52,863 nucleotides of DNA from Acidobacteriota bacterium (GTDB taxonomy: Bacteria; Acidobacteriota; Vicinamibacteria; Vicinamibacterales; Fen-181). The DNA is taken from positions 1 to 52,863 of the forward strand of contig JANYLG010000066.1 of the NCBI GenBank assembly GCA_025363775.1. The letters are read 5' to 3'. How positions within the stretch are numbered: position 1 is the first letter of the stretch; every line of letters starts with the position of its first letter. A program made the translations under genes and the position numbers. Under the pieces are notes generated by a model. That model was not told the origin of the DNA. It worked only from the letters and a program-made list of their open reading frames with translations, and ran no database searches. Of the stretch, positions 28,006 through 37,736 are shown piece after piece.

Positions 28006-28530
28006 CTCAGTCCTGAGCGCCACCCTGATCCACGTCGCCCAAGCGTGCCGCGCCGGAGGTGTCCGCACGGCTCCAGGGCCATGCCGACCAGCGGCGGTGT
28101 CCACGAAGAAGGTGACGCTGCGGCTTGGCCGCTGCGCGAAGGGGAACTAGAGATACGGCTCGTGGCCTTCCTTCAGGTCATTCGTCGGCCCATCTTCGAC
28201 GATGCCGACGACCTGGCGATCCGCGCCGGCCGATCGCACCCAGGTGCCAACCGGATCCTGCCCGCCGCGATAGAACCGCTGCGCAAACGACTCGTTCACC
28301 ATGACCACCCGCATCGACTGGGCCCCATCCGCGGGCGTGAACGCGTGACCGCGAACGACGCGCGAGCCGGTTGTGGCGAAGTAGCTCGGGCTCACCTGGT
28401 TGAAGCCGAACGACAGCGCGGGCTGCCCGGGCATCTCGACCGGGACTGTCGCTCCACCGCCCGAGCCGCTGAGCAACGCCCGTCGCGCGAACGCCACGCG
28501 CTTCACGCCGGGCAACTCCGCAATCCCCCG
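28006..28530 (-). pseudogene. Decayed MacB-type ABC permease (acidobacterial orphan permease family)
   Basis: LPGVKRVAF...VSPSYFAT...VNESFAQRF...VVGIVED...EPYL*FPFAQ with an in-frame TAG, then a degraded C-terminal PARHA...VALRTE. The N-terminal half is absent. Confidence 0.8.
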
Positions 28531-28789
28531 ACCACCGCTATGTTCTTTCCAGGACGGAGGCGACGATTCAGGCGGCATCGGCGACCAGGCGCGGCCAGAC
28601 GGTCTTGAACACGGCGGCCACCCGAGCCCGATTACCTTTCGACTGCCGAATGCATCGCTCGGGCCACGATGCGCCGGCGATCCTGCTGCTGCCTCGTCAT
28701 CGTCGTCTCCTTGGACATCAGTCTCTCCTCAAATGGGTGTCCAAGAAGACCGGGTCCGCCTCACGCGTGTCATGGCGTGTCATGGCGTG

Positions 28790-30907
28790 TCAGTAGCGCG
28801 CGATCTCCTTGATGGCCTGCAGCACGTCCGCACTCTGCGGGAGGATGACTTCCTCGAGGTCGGGGCAGTAGGCCACCGGCGTATCGAGCGCAGCCACCCG
28901 ACGCACGGGCGCATCGAGGTGCTCGAACAGTTCCCCGGCAATCCGCGCGGCCAGTTCCGCGCCGAAGCCGCACGTCAACTGATCTTCGTGAGCGATGATC
29001 ACCCGGCTGATGCGCGTGACGAGCCTGGCGATTCCCTGCCAGTCGTACGGGATGATCGTCCGGAGGTCGAACACCGCCACACTGATCCCGTCCTTCTCGG
29101 CCTGCTGCGCGGCCAGCAGTGTTCTCTGGACGAGCGCGCCCCACGTGAGCACCACCACGTCGTCGCCGTCCTTCACCAGCGAGCCCTTGGCGAACGGGAT
29201 CATGAAGTCCGGGCCCTGGTACTCCCCCTTGTTGTACGTCTGGCGGTAGAGGTGCTTGTGTTCGAGGAACATCACCGGGTCGTCACACCGGATGGCGGTC
29301 CGCAGCAGCCCCGCCGCATCCACCCCGTTCGACGGGTACACGATCTGGATGCCAGGGCAATGCGCAAAGATGCTCTCGCCCGACTGGCTGTGATACGGAG
29401 CGCCGCCGCGCAGGTAGCCGCCGATGGGGACGCGGATGACCATCGGGCACGAGAAGTTGTTGCCGGACCGATAGCGGAGCATCGCCATCTCGTCGCGGAT
29501 CTGCATCATGGCCGGCCAGATGTAGTCGAAGAACTGGATCTCGACGACCGGCTTGATCCCGCGGACGGCCATGCCCACCGCCCGCCCGATGATGTTCGCC
29601 TCGGCGAGCGGCGAGTTGAACACTCGGGTGGCTCCGAACGTGCGCTGCAGGCCGTGCGTGACCTTGAACACTCCGCCCTTGCCGGGCACGGCCGACAGCG
29701 CGTCTTCACGGGTTGCGTCGGCAACGTCTTGGCCAAATATGACGATCGCCGGATTACGCGCCATCTCGTCGCGAAGCGTCCGGTTGATGGCGGCGACCAT
29801 CGTGTCCGGTTTGCCCGACGGCTGCGCGGGCGTGTCGAACGCCGCCGACGTCGGGTCCACATCCGGCGAGAAGACCCAGAGACGCGCAGTGTCTTTCGCC
29901 GGCTTGGCCGCGCGAAGCGCCAGATCCGCCGCCTCGTTGATCTCGCGGTCGGCGTCTGAGAGAACCTGCTGGAGGTCCACGTCTGTCGCGAGCCCGTCCT
30001 TCAGCAGCAGGCGCCGCAGGATGCCGATTGGATCGCGTGCGGCTTCTGCCTCGCGTTCCGCCGGCGTCTTGTACAACCGCTCATCGTCGGACAACGAGTG
30101 GGAATAGGGTCGAATGACGTGGGCGTGAACCAGCGATGGACCCCGACGCTCGCGCGCGTAGGAGACCGCCTGGTGGAGGACGCGGGAACTCTCCACGAAG
30201 TCGGTCCCGTCTACCGTCAGCACCTGCAGGCTCGGGAATGACGTCACAATCCGGGAGATGTCTCCGCCGGGTGTCTGGACTTCCTTCGGAGTCGAGATGG
30301 CGTAGCCATTGTCCTGCACGAGATAGACGACGGGGAGGCGCTTGCCGCAGGCCGTATTCAGCGATTCCCAGAACTCGCCTTCCGCGGTCGCTCCCTCTCC
30401 AAGCGACACGTAGACGACCTCGTCCGGCTCATGGCGCGACTCGCGGTCCGGGATGTCCACCAGCCGCTGGAACAGCCGTCCCGCCTCCGCACAGCCGACG
30501 GCCTGCAGGCACTGCGTGCCGGTGGGGCTGCCCTGCGAGACGATGTTCAGGCGCTTGTGTCCCCAGTGCGACGGCATCTGCCGCCCGCCTGACGCGGGAT
30601 CGTCCTTGGCGCCCACGGCCTCGAGCAGCATCTCGTAGGGAGTGACGCCCAACGCCAGGCACAGGGCGCGGTCACGGTAGTAGGGGAAGAACCAGTCGTA
30701 GCCTGGGCGGAGCGCCAGGGCGGCGGCCACGAGCACCGCCTCGTGCCCTGCGCCGCTGATCTGGAAGAAGATCTGGCTCTGGTTCTTCATCTGGATTTCC
30801 TTGTCGTCCAGTCTCCTCGACAGGATCATCCAGCGATAGGCCCCGAGCAGCGCTTCGCGCGTCAGCCGCGCGCCTTCCACACCGCTGACAGTCGTCGATG
30901 CATCCAT
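28790..30907 (-). CDS. Fused E1 alpha/beta 2-oxoacid dehydrogenase (2-oxoisovalerate dehydrogenase-like)
   Basis: SGAGHEA, PYYRDR, TPP motif [15 protein letters not shown]...QDN, HSLSDD; beta part has FGQDV, NSPLAEA, EIQFFDY and YHSQ. Confidence 0.93.
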   Translation of the reverse strand: MDASTTVSGVEGARLTREALLGAYRWMILSRRLDDKEIQMKNQSQIFFQISGAGHEAVLVAAALALRPGYDWFFPYYRDRALCLALGVTPYEMLLEAVGAKDDPASGGRQMPSHWGHKRLNIVSQGSPTGTQCLQAVGCAEAGRLFQRLVDIPDRESRHEPDEVVYVSLGEGATAEGEFWESLNTACGKRLPVVYLVQDNGYAISTPKEVQTPGGDISRIVTSFPSLQVLTVDGTDFVESSRVLHQAVSYARERRGPSLVHAHVIRPYSHSLSDDERLYKTPAEREAEAARDPIGILRRLLLKDGLATDVDLQQVLSDADREINEAADLALRAAKPAKDTARLWVFSPDVDPTSAAFDTPAQPSGKPDTMVAAINRTLRDEMARNPAIVIFGQDVADATREDALSAVPGKGGVFKVTHGLQRTFGATRVFNSPLAEANIIGRAVGMAVRGIKPVVEIQFFDYIWPAMMQIRDEMAMLRYRSGNNFSCPMVIRVPIGGYLRGGAPYHSQSGESIFAHCPGIQIVYPSNGVDAAGLLRTAIRCDDPVMFLEHKHLYRQTYNKGEYQGPDFMIPFAKGSLVKDGDDVVVLTWGALVQRTLLAAQQAEKDGISVAVFDLRTIIPYDWQGIARLVTRISRVIIAHEDQLTCGFGAELAARIAGELFEHLDAPVRRVAALDTPVAYCPDLEEVILPQSADVLQAIKEIARY

Positions 30908-30975
30908 GCGACGGTCCGTTACTGCCAGGAACTAAACCAGAAACGCTGTTGGCTGGCCCCGCGACGCGCGGGGCG

Positions 30976-31052
30976 TAGACGTCTTGAACGGCCGGACGGA
31001 AGTCGAGAAACCTTGACTCATTCGCAACGACTTTGGCCGTTCAAGACGTCTA
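30976..31052. mobile_element. MITE-like 77-bp element with 18-bp perfect terminal inverted repeats
   Basis: TAGACGTCTTGAACGGCC ... GGCCGTTCAAGACGTCTA, with TA at both ends. Confidence 0.5.
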
Positions 31053-31799
31053 GTGCACGTGCCGGTCCCAGTCGTGGCGGCCGCCCGTGTGAACGTCGAA
31101 CTTACGGCGAAGGCGGTTCATCCTCCACCTGACGTAGCGGTACTTGACCTCCGCCAGCGGACGAGTCCGCCACACTTTCAGGTAGAGGTATCCGAACACC
31201 AGGCCGCCGAGGTGCGCGCTGTTCGCCACGCCGCCCTGGTTTCCCCCCGTCGAGGAGATGAACGCAATCGCGCCCATGATCAGGACGAAGTACTTCGCCG
31301 GAATGGGAAACAGCGCCCACATGTAAATCGGGCGGTCCGGGAAGTAGAGCGCGTAGGCGAGCAGCAGACCATAGATGGCGCCCGATGCACCCACGGTGAC
31401 CGAGTCCCGCATCGCGCCGCCGAACTCACCCGGAAACAGCGAGAGCAGCATCGTCGTGGCTGCCGCGCCGATCCCGGTGATGAAGTAGTACTTCAGGAAG
31501 AACGTCCGGCCCCACAACCGCTCCAGCTCAACGCCGAACATCCACAGCGCGAGCATGTTGAACAGGATGTGGAAGACGCCCGCGTGCAGGAACATGTAGG
31601 TGACGGGCTGCCAGACGAACCACTGCGACAACACCGCCTTCGGCTGCAGGCCCAGATAGTCCACGATGCCCGGCACCAGCTTCGACACCAGGAACATCGC
31701 GACGTTGGTCCAGATCAGCAGCTTGATGACCGGCGTGATTGGGCCGGGACCGAACTGGTACGCCAGCGTGCGCGGCGAAGAAGATGGATAGCGGGGCAT
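31050..31799 (-). CDS. Rhomboid family intramembrane serine protease
   Basis: WQPVTYMFLH, HILFNM, catalytic GASG and SAHLGG. Confidence 0.95.
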   Translation of the reverse strand: MPRYPSSSPRTLAYQFGPGPITPVIKLLIWTNVAMFLVSKLVPGIVDYLGLQPKAVLSQWFVWQPVTYMFLHAGVFHILFNMLALWMFGVELERLWGRTFFLKYYFITGIGAAATTMLLSLFPGEFGGAMRDSVTVGASGAIYGLLLAYALYFPDRPIYMWALFPIPAKYFVLIMGAIAFISSTGGNQGGVANSAHLGGLVFGYLYLKVWRTRPLAEVKYRYVRWRMNRLRRKFDVHTGGRHDWDRHVH

Positions 31800-31814
31800 G
31801 GACCCTTTCTCAGA

Positions 31815-31823
31815 ATCGTACCA
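31815..31823 (-). promoter_or_regulatory. Extended -10 promoter for the rhomboid gene
   Basis: TGg-TACGAT lies 15 nt upstream of the ATG. Confidence 0.45.
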
Positions 31824-31945
31824 CAGTCCTGACGCTGCTCATCGGGCAGGCACTTCCACACCAGCGACGACCGGGATCGCGCGGGTGCGCGGCGAAACGA
31901 CCACCGTTTCTTCGTCCCGACGCCGACGACGTTGGGCACGAGGGA

Positions 31946-33652
31946 CTACCGCGTGGCCTTCAACGGGAAGACACGCGCGGTGACGGCGCGAAGCGCTTCG
32001 TCGAACTCGGCAATCCGCAGCACGCGGGCGGCCAGCGCCAGGGCGCCCATCCCGAGACCGATGCCTGCGCCGACGCGGAACAGTTTGACCAGGAGCGAAC
32101 CGCCTGGCACGACTCCCTCCAGCCAGCGCTCGCCACCCCACGCCACCGCCGCCATGAAGATCGAGGCGACCAGCACCTTCCCGAACGCCAGGCTGACACG
32201 CCGCCCATCGATTCCGCCAAGTTTTCGCCGCAGCAGCCACATGAGCATCGAGGCGTTGAACAGCGCGGACGCCGATGTGCCAAGGGCCAGCCCGCGGAAC
32301 CCGAGCGCGCGGACGAGCATCAGGTTGACAGTGATGTTGAACACCACCGACACGGCACCGACGATGACCGGCGTCCGGCTGTCGCGGAGGGAGTAGAACG
32401 TGGGCACTGCCAGCTTCACCGCCGAGTAGCCTATCAGCCCTGGCGCGTAGCACATGAGCGCCGCCGAGGTGGCCGCGGTCGCCTCGGGCGTGAACGAGCC
32501 GTGCTCGAACAGCAGCGCCACGATCGGCGTGGCCAGGGCTACCAGACCGAGTGTCGCGGGCACGTTCAGCATCAGCATCATCCGAAGGGCGCTGGAGTGG
32601 GTGGCCCGCATCCCCTCGCGGTCGTCTTTCGCCGCGTCCCGCGAGAGCGACGGGATCGCGGCCGTAGCGATCGAGAGGCCGAACAGCCCAATCGGCAGGT
32701 ACATCACCCGGAACGCGTAGTTCAAGTAGGAAACCGCCCCTTCTCCCTGGCTCGTGGCGAGCATCGTGTTGATGAGCACGTTGAGCTGGACCGCCGCCAG
32801 TCCCATGGTGCCTGGCCCCATCAGCGTCAGGACTTCTCGCAAGCCGGGGTCGCGGAAATCGACCGCTGGCCGATACCGGAATCCCTCGCGCCTGAGGAAC
32901 GGCCACTGCACGAGTACCTGTCCGACGCCACCGACCAGGGTGCCGATCGCCACGGCGAAGATAGGACGAATCCCATGGCTCCGGAACACGGGGATCAGCA
33001 GGGCCATCGTCGCCAGCGTGCCGACGTTGAACATCGCGGGCGACAGTGCGGGGACGAAGAATCTCCCCAGGGAGTTCAACATGCCCATGAAACACACGGC
33101 GACCGCGATCAGGGTCAGGAACGGGAACATCGTCCGGGCGAGCGATCCGGCCAGTTCCAGCTTGCCTGGCACCGCGGAGTAATCTTCGGCGGCGAAGGTC
33201 ACCAGCGGCCAGGTGAACACCATGCCGAGAACGACGAGGACCGCGGTGACGAGCAGCAGCGCCGTGATGACCAGGTTGCCGAGGCGCCAGGCCGCGGCTT
33301 TTCCGTCCAGCGTGAGGAGCCGCGTGAATGTCGGCACGAAGGCGGAACTCATGGCGCCCTCGGCGAACAGGTCGCGAAGGAGGTTCGGAATCCGGAATGC
33401 CACCGTGTAGGCGTCCATGTCGTGGCTGGCGGCGAACACGTGAGCCATGGCGATGTCGCGCGCCAACCCGAGAATCCGACTGGACATCGTCGCCAGCCCG
33501 ATCAGGCCGGCCGAACGCGCCAGTCGGACGGCGCCGGCGGGTCGAACCGGGGCGTTGGACGGCCCGTCGCCGGTGACGGCAAGAGGGTCGCGGTTGGTCG
33601 TGGCCAGAGGAGTGGGCGCGGGTGGAGACCCGGCCTCGCGGGACGCTTCCAT
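31946..33652 (-). CDS. murJ: Lipid II flippase
   Basis: SRILGLARD, AFRIPNLLRDLFAEGAMSSAFVP, SYLNYAFR and LPIGLFG. Start is uncertain; ATG 33652 chosen. Confidence 0.93.
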   Translation of the reverse strand: MEASREAGSPPAPTPLATTNRDPLAVTGDGPSNAPVRPAGAVRLARSAGLIGLATMSSRILGLARDIAMAHVFAASHDMDAYTVAFRIPNLLRDLFAEGAMSSAFVPTFTRLLTLDGKAAAWRLGNLVITALLLVTAVLVVLGMVFTWPLVTFAAEDYSAVPGKLELAGSLARTMFPFLTLIAVAVCFMGMLNSLGRFFVPALSPAMFNVGTLATMALLIPVFRSHGIRPIFAVAIGTLVGGVGQVLVQWPFLRREGFRYRPAVDFRDPGLREVLTLMGPGTMGLAAVQLNVLINTMLATSQGEGAVSYLNYAFRVMYLPIGLFGLSIATAAIPSLSRDAAKDDREGMRATHSSALRMMLMLNVPATLGLVALATPIVALLFEHGSFTPEATAATSAALMCYAPGLIGYSAVKLAVPTFYSLRDSRTPVIVGAVSVVFNITVNLMLVRALGFRGLALGTSASALFNASMLMWLLRRKLGGIDGRRVSLAFGKVLVASIFMAAVAWGGERWLEGVVPGGSLLVKLFRVGAGIGLGMGALALAARVLRIAEFDEALRAVTARVFPLKATR

Positions 33653-33837
33653 CTGCTGCTCAGGGTAACACAGCGAACCGCGAAGAACGGACACCGCTGA
33701 ACGCGGTGAACGCGTCGGCGACGGGCTGGAAGAAGGAGGGGGGCCCCTCGGCTCAGAAGGGGCCCCTTGGAGGATAGAAGAGAGGCTTTTGGCTCTACTC
33801 ACTCTGTTAGACGCAGGAGTCGACAAAAAGTTCGCTG

Positions 33838-34287
33838 CTAGTCGGCGAGCCGTTTCCGAACCAGTTCGTTGATGGCCTTGCCGTCCACCTGGGCCCCCGC
33901 AAGCCGCGCCATGACCCCTTTCATCACCTTCCCCATATCCCTGGCCGTGGTGGCGCCGGTTTCGGCGATGACCTCGGACACGATGCGGTCGAGGTCGTCG
34001 ATGGCGACCGCCGGCGGGAGGTACGTCCCGAGGACGGCCAGTTCCGCCATCTCCTTGTCCACGAGGTCCTGCCGTCCCCCTTTGCCGAACTGCTCGATCG
34101 ACTCCCTGTGCTGCTTGACCAGCATCGCCACCACCTGGAGTTCCTCGGCCTCGGTCAACGACCTGCGGCGTTCGACTTCGCGGTTCATCAAGGCGGCCTT
34201 GAGCATGCGGAGCGGGGAGAGGCGAGCCTGGTCCCGTGCCTTCATGGCTTCGGCCAACGTCTTGGTGAGTTGTTCGATCAAGGGCAT
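33838..34287 (-). CDS. GatB/YqeY domain protein
   Basis: MPLIEQL...AMKARD...LRMLKAAL...RESIEQF...YLP...DMGKVMK; 149 aa from ATG 34287. Confidence 0.93.
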   Translation of the reverse strand: MPLIEQLTKTLAEAMKARDQARLSPLRMLKAALMNREVERRRSLTEAEELQVVAMLVKQHRESIEQFGKGGRQDLVDKEMAELAVLGTYLPPAVAIDDLDRIVSEVIAETGATTARDMGKVMKGVMARLAGAQVDGKAINELVRKRLAD

Positions 34288-34294
34288 GCGATCC

Positions 34295-36121
34295 TCATTG
34301 GGGCGTGATCGCGCTCGTCCGATTGGGCGGGACACGCCGCACCTCGCCCTGAGCGAAATAGTAGAACCGTGCGTGCTGAAAGTCCACACCGGGAGCCAGT
34401 TCGAGCACGACTTCCTGCGCGTCGCCGTCCGGCCGGGATGTGACCGTGCCCAGCGGAGTTTCGAATCGAGCGTGACGTTGCGAGCGCTGCTCGATGGTGA
34501 ACGTACGAAGGTCGCGCGAGAGAACGAAATTCCCGCGGTAGCGGGGCGCGCGAACCACCAGCGTCCGGGGCGACACCCAGTGCACCTCAATCGGCTGATC
34601 GGACCTGACCATGCGGGCGACCGCCTGGTAGCTTCCCGGCTCGCACCCGCCGTCCTGCGAAAACGTCTGGTGGTAGAAGTGGCTGTAGACGCCGCGAATG
34701 CCGACAGGGGCCACGAGGAACACGACATCGCCCTCGTTGCACGCCGGGAGGTCGGCATTCACGAGGGTCGCGCCGCGCGAGAGCATGCCGGTCGCCCACT
34801 CCCAGTCCGAGCCCTTTACCTGGACCTGCCAGGCTGAGACCGCCAGAACCAGGCCGATGATCGCGGCAGCGACCTGGCGCCAGCGCCCGATGCTGTCGAA
34901 CACGAGTTTGGCTGCGCCCAGTGAAATCCCCACGGAGCCGAGGTACAAGTAGCGCTGGCCCTCGGTCAGACTCGAAACGGGCAGCAACGCGCCGGCCGTG
35001 GCGACCAGGACGAAGAGCCAGGTGCCGTCCGCGACGAGGCGCCGACGCGAGAAGAAGATCAGTCCGGCTGCCGTCAACGCCACGGCCAGCCCGCCGACCC
35101 AATAAACGGGGGTCGCCGGATCGAGGAAGAAGGGCGGCGGCGAGGGCGCCACGACCGGAGAGAAGAGATAGAAGCTGGCAAATCCAGCAAACGACAACTT
35201 CTCGCGGAGCGGCGCACCGGCACCTGGAATGAGACACACCAGGATGGCTCCCACGAGAAAGAGGACGGCGAGGAAGAAGGCGGGGGCTCGTCTGATCCGC
35301 CCGGCCGCGGCCAGCGGTCGCTTCCACCCCAGCAGGGAGAGCGCCATCAAGGTCCCGACGCCAGCCATCAGCATGACCGCCTTCGGCAACCGGCTCGCAC
35401 CGCCCGTCGGGTCGAGGCCGCCCACCGCCGATCGAAGCACCGAGTACCCGGCAATGACCGCCAACATGAGAGCAAGCACGGTGACCACTCGCATCGGCCG
35501 CCCGCGCCGTACGAACACTTCATACGCCCCGACCATGATTGGGGCGGCCAGCGCAGCCTCCTTCGACAGCAGCGCAAGGGCAAAGGTGACGAGGGAGGCG
35601 GCGATCCAGACCGGGCGATCGCACGTCGCCAGCAGCAGCGTCGCCAGGACGAACAGCGTGGAGAGGAGATCGAAACGTGCCGAAATCCAGTACACCGCTT
35701 CCTGGTTCGAGGTGTGAGCGACGAAGAGGGCGGCCGCCAGCGCGGCTGCCCACGGCATCATCAGGCGGCGCGCGAGTGCGAACACGAGCATCCCGTTGAC
35801 CGCGTGCAGCAGGACGTTCGTCAGGTGGAACCCGCCCGGGCGCAGGCTCCACAGCGCGGCATCGGAGGCGAAGGACAGAAAACCGATCGGACGGTAGAAA
35901 CTGAAGAAATCGAGTGCCGTGAAGAATGCGCCCGGCCGCACGATCCCACCCAGGCGCTTCAAGTGGTAGAGGACGAGCGCGTCGTCTCCCGCGAAGCCGA
36001 GGAGCGGGGCGCGCCAGTAGAGGCAGAGCGCCAGGAGCACCACCAGCGCCGCCCACCAGGCCTGCGACCGGCTCGATCCCGAGCGCGAGTGCGACGCGAC
36101 CGATCCGGGCTCAGTGTTCAT
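34295..36121 (-). CDS. GT-C-like polytopic glycosyltransferase (PMT/TMTC-like N-terminus)
   Basis: GDD after TM1, FYRP, HLTNVLLH, EAVYWISAR, LLSKE and QRYLY; soluble C-terminal domain. Confidence 0.75.
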   Translation of the reverse strand: MNTEPGSVASHSRSGSSRSQAWWAALVVLLALCLYWRAPLLGFAGDDALVLYHLKRLGGIVRPGAFFTALDFFSFYRPIGFLSFASDAALWSLRPGGFHLTNVLLHAVNGMLVFALARRLMMPWAAALAAALFVAHTSNQEAVYWISARFDLLSTLFVLATLLLATCDRPVWIAASLVTFALALLSKEAALAAPIMVGAYEVFVRRGRPMRVVTVLALMLAVIAGYSVLRSAVGGLDPTGGASRLPKAVMLMAGVGTLMALSLLGWKRPLAAAGRIRRAPAFFLAVLFLVGAILVCLIPGAGAPLREKLSFAGFASFYLFSPVVAPSPPPFFLDPATPVYWVGGLAVALTAAGLIFFSRRRLVADGTWLFVLVATAGALLPVSSLTEGQRYLYLGSVGISLGAAKLVFDSIGRWRQVAAAIIGLVLAVSAWQVQVKGSDWEWATGMLSRGATLVNADLPACNEGDVVFLVAPVGIRGVYSHFYHQTFSQDGGCEPGSYQAVARMVRSDQPIEVHWVSPRTLVVRAPRYRGNFVLSRDLRTFTIEQRSQRHARFETPLGTVTSRPDGDAQEVVLELAPGVDFQHARFYYFAQGEVRRVPPNRTSAITPQ

Positions 36122-37667
36122 TCGGCACCTTCGGCAAGTAGATCCAGACGTCCTCGGCCGGATGACTGTCGAAGCGGTAGTTCGCGAGGATCCGGGTAGT
36201 CATCGGCCAACCGAAGTGCAGGTGTTCGTAGTATCCGCGACCGCGCACGGACGTGGGATCGACCTGTAAGATCACGCTCGAGAAGAATCGGGCCTCGACC
36301 TTCGACTCGAAATCGCGCGCGATGTCAGGCCGCGAGATCATCACGACACGGAGGGCGAATGGATCCAGCATGAACGGCAGTTGATCGGCCAGGACCGGCC
36401 AGAGCGCGGATTCCGACAGGACTGGCGAACGGGCGTGCGCCACGAGATCGACCACTTGCTGGCGAACGGCCAGGCTGGTGCGGCTGGACCGCGTCTGCCA
36501 CAACTGCGACACGCGCACGAAATCCTGCGCCGACATCCAGATGACGACCGCCGCGAGGGCGATCGAGACAATCCGTCTCAACTCGCGCCGGGCGCACGCG
36601 GTCCAGGCGAGCACTACGAACGAGATGCCCAGCCACTCCACCATCTGGTTGGACGGAACCGTTCCCGGCGACGACAGGGTCAACGCGGTCGAGGCGCTGA
36701 CGCCGGCGAACAACACCACGGGCAGCCACAAAGAGGTGCCCCCGGCAGCTGGATGCGCCATGGATGTCGGCTCGCGCATTCGGTTGCGCCACCTGAGCGC
36801 CACGGCGCCAGCCAGCGCGAGGCAGGTCAGCCCGAGCAGCGCCGTCAGCAGGTGCGAGTAACGGGCGAGCACGATGAAATCGCCAGCCAACAGGCGGAGA
36901 AAGGTCTGGCCTTCGCTCGTGCCCGCGAACATGCACGCGCGCCAGGAGGGGATGGCGCGCCCTGCGCTGGCCGCCTCGACCACGCCGAGGAACCCCATCG
37001 CGCCCAGAGCCATCCCGGCCGAGAAGCGGATGGCTGCTCTCACTTGCCCGGAGAGCACGAGCGCGACCGCCACGCACCCCGGCACCGCGAGGCTCGTGAC
37101 CTTGGCCGACAGCGCGAGTGTGAACCATGCGACCGCCGTCCACACTCGAGGCCTGGCGCCAGACGGCGTACGCCATAGCGGAATGGCGGCGGATAGCCCC
37201 CACAAGTTCAGCCCGGCCGCGAGCACGTCGGCGCGCACCTCGAAGAGCGTTTGCTGGATGAAGTAGGGTGCGAGCGCGCCCGCCGCGGCCAGCCAGACAA
37301 GGCGCCGAGGTGCGCCCATGGCCGAGACGACGCGCGCCAGGCCGGTCGCCAGCACGGCGGCGGCAATGGCGCTGGCCGTCGCCCCGGCGGCAAGCGGCGG
37401 AACGCCGACGCGGAGGAGGCCGCCGATGACCGTGAAGAACAGCGGGAAATAGCGGGTGCCGCCGTAGCCCATCGGCCCTGAGATCTCGCGGTAGAAGACA
37501 CCCGCCGACAGGTCGCTTCCGAGCGCCAGCCAGATGCCGCTGACATGGCTCAGGTACGCGCCCGACAGGGCCTGCCACGCGTGCAACGTGAAGGCGAGGC
37601 ACGCCAGCGCCGCTGCGGCTGCCGCCAGCGGCACGGGCACCCATCGCGAAAGTGTCGTCTCACCCAT
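36111..37667 (-). CDS. Polytopic membrane protein, probable GT-C-like glycosyltransferase
   Basis: Many TM segments, GTRYFPLF, EVRADVLA and SAK; soluble C-terminal domain; cluster context. Confidence 0.55.
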   Translation of the reverse strand: MGETTLSRWVPVPLAAAAAALACLAFTLHAWQALSGAYLSHVSGIWLALGSDLSAGVFYREISGPMGYGGTRYFPLFFTVIGGLLRVGVPPLAAGATASAIAAAVLATGLARVVSAMGAPRRLVWLAAAGALAPYFIQQTLFEVRADVLAAGLNLWGLSAAIPLWRTPSGARPRVWTAVAWFTLALSAKVTSLAVPGCVAVALVLSGQVRAAIRFSAGMALGAMGFLGVVEAASAGRAIPSWRACMFAGTSEGQTFLRLLAGDFIVLARYSHLLTALLGLTCLALAGAVALRWRNRMREPTSMAHPAAGGTSLWLPVVLFAGVSASTALTLSSPGTVPSNQMVEWLGISFVVLAWTACARRELRRIVSIALAAVVIWMSAQDFVRVSQLWQTRSSRTSLAVRQQVVDLVAHARSPVLSESALWPVLADQLPFMLDPFALRVVMISRPDIARDFESKVEARFFSSVILQVDPTSVRGRGYYEHLHFGWPMTTRILANYRFDSHPAEDVWIYLPKVPNEH

Positions 37668-37675
37668 GCTTCGAT

Positions 37676-37736
37676 ACGGCGCGGGCCTTCCGGCCTGCAA
37701 GCGCGTTTCCTATATGGCGCGGGCCTTCAGGTCTGT
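37676..37736. repeat. Two direct REP-like palindromes
   Basis: ggcgcgggccttccggcctgc (37678-37698) and ggcgcgggccttcaggtctgt (37716-37736). Confidence 0.6.

Noticed and set aside
28147-28149. In-frame TAG as pyrrolysine or programmed read-through
   Set aside because: The gene also lacks its N-terminal half and has a deletion and frameshifts, so ordinary decay explains the stop.
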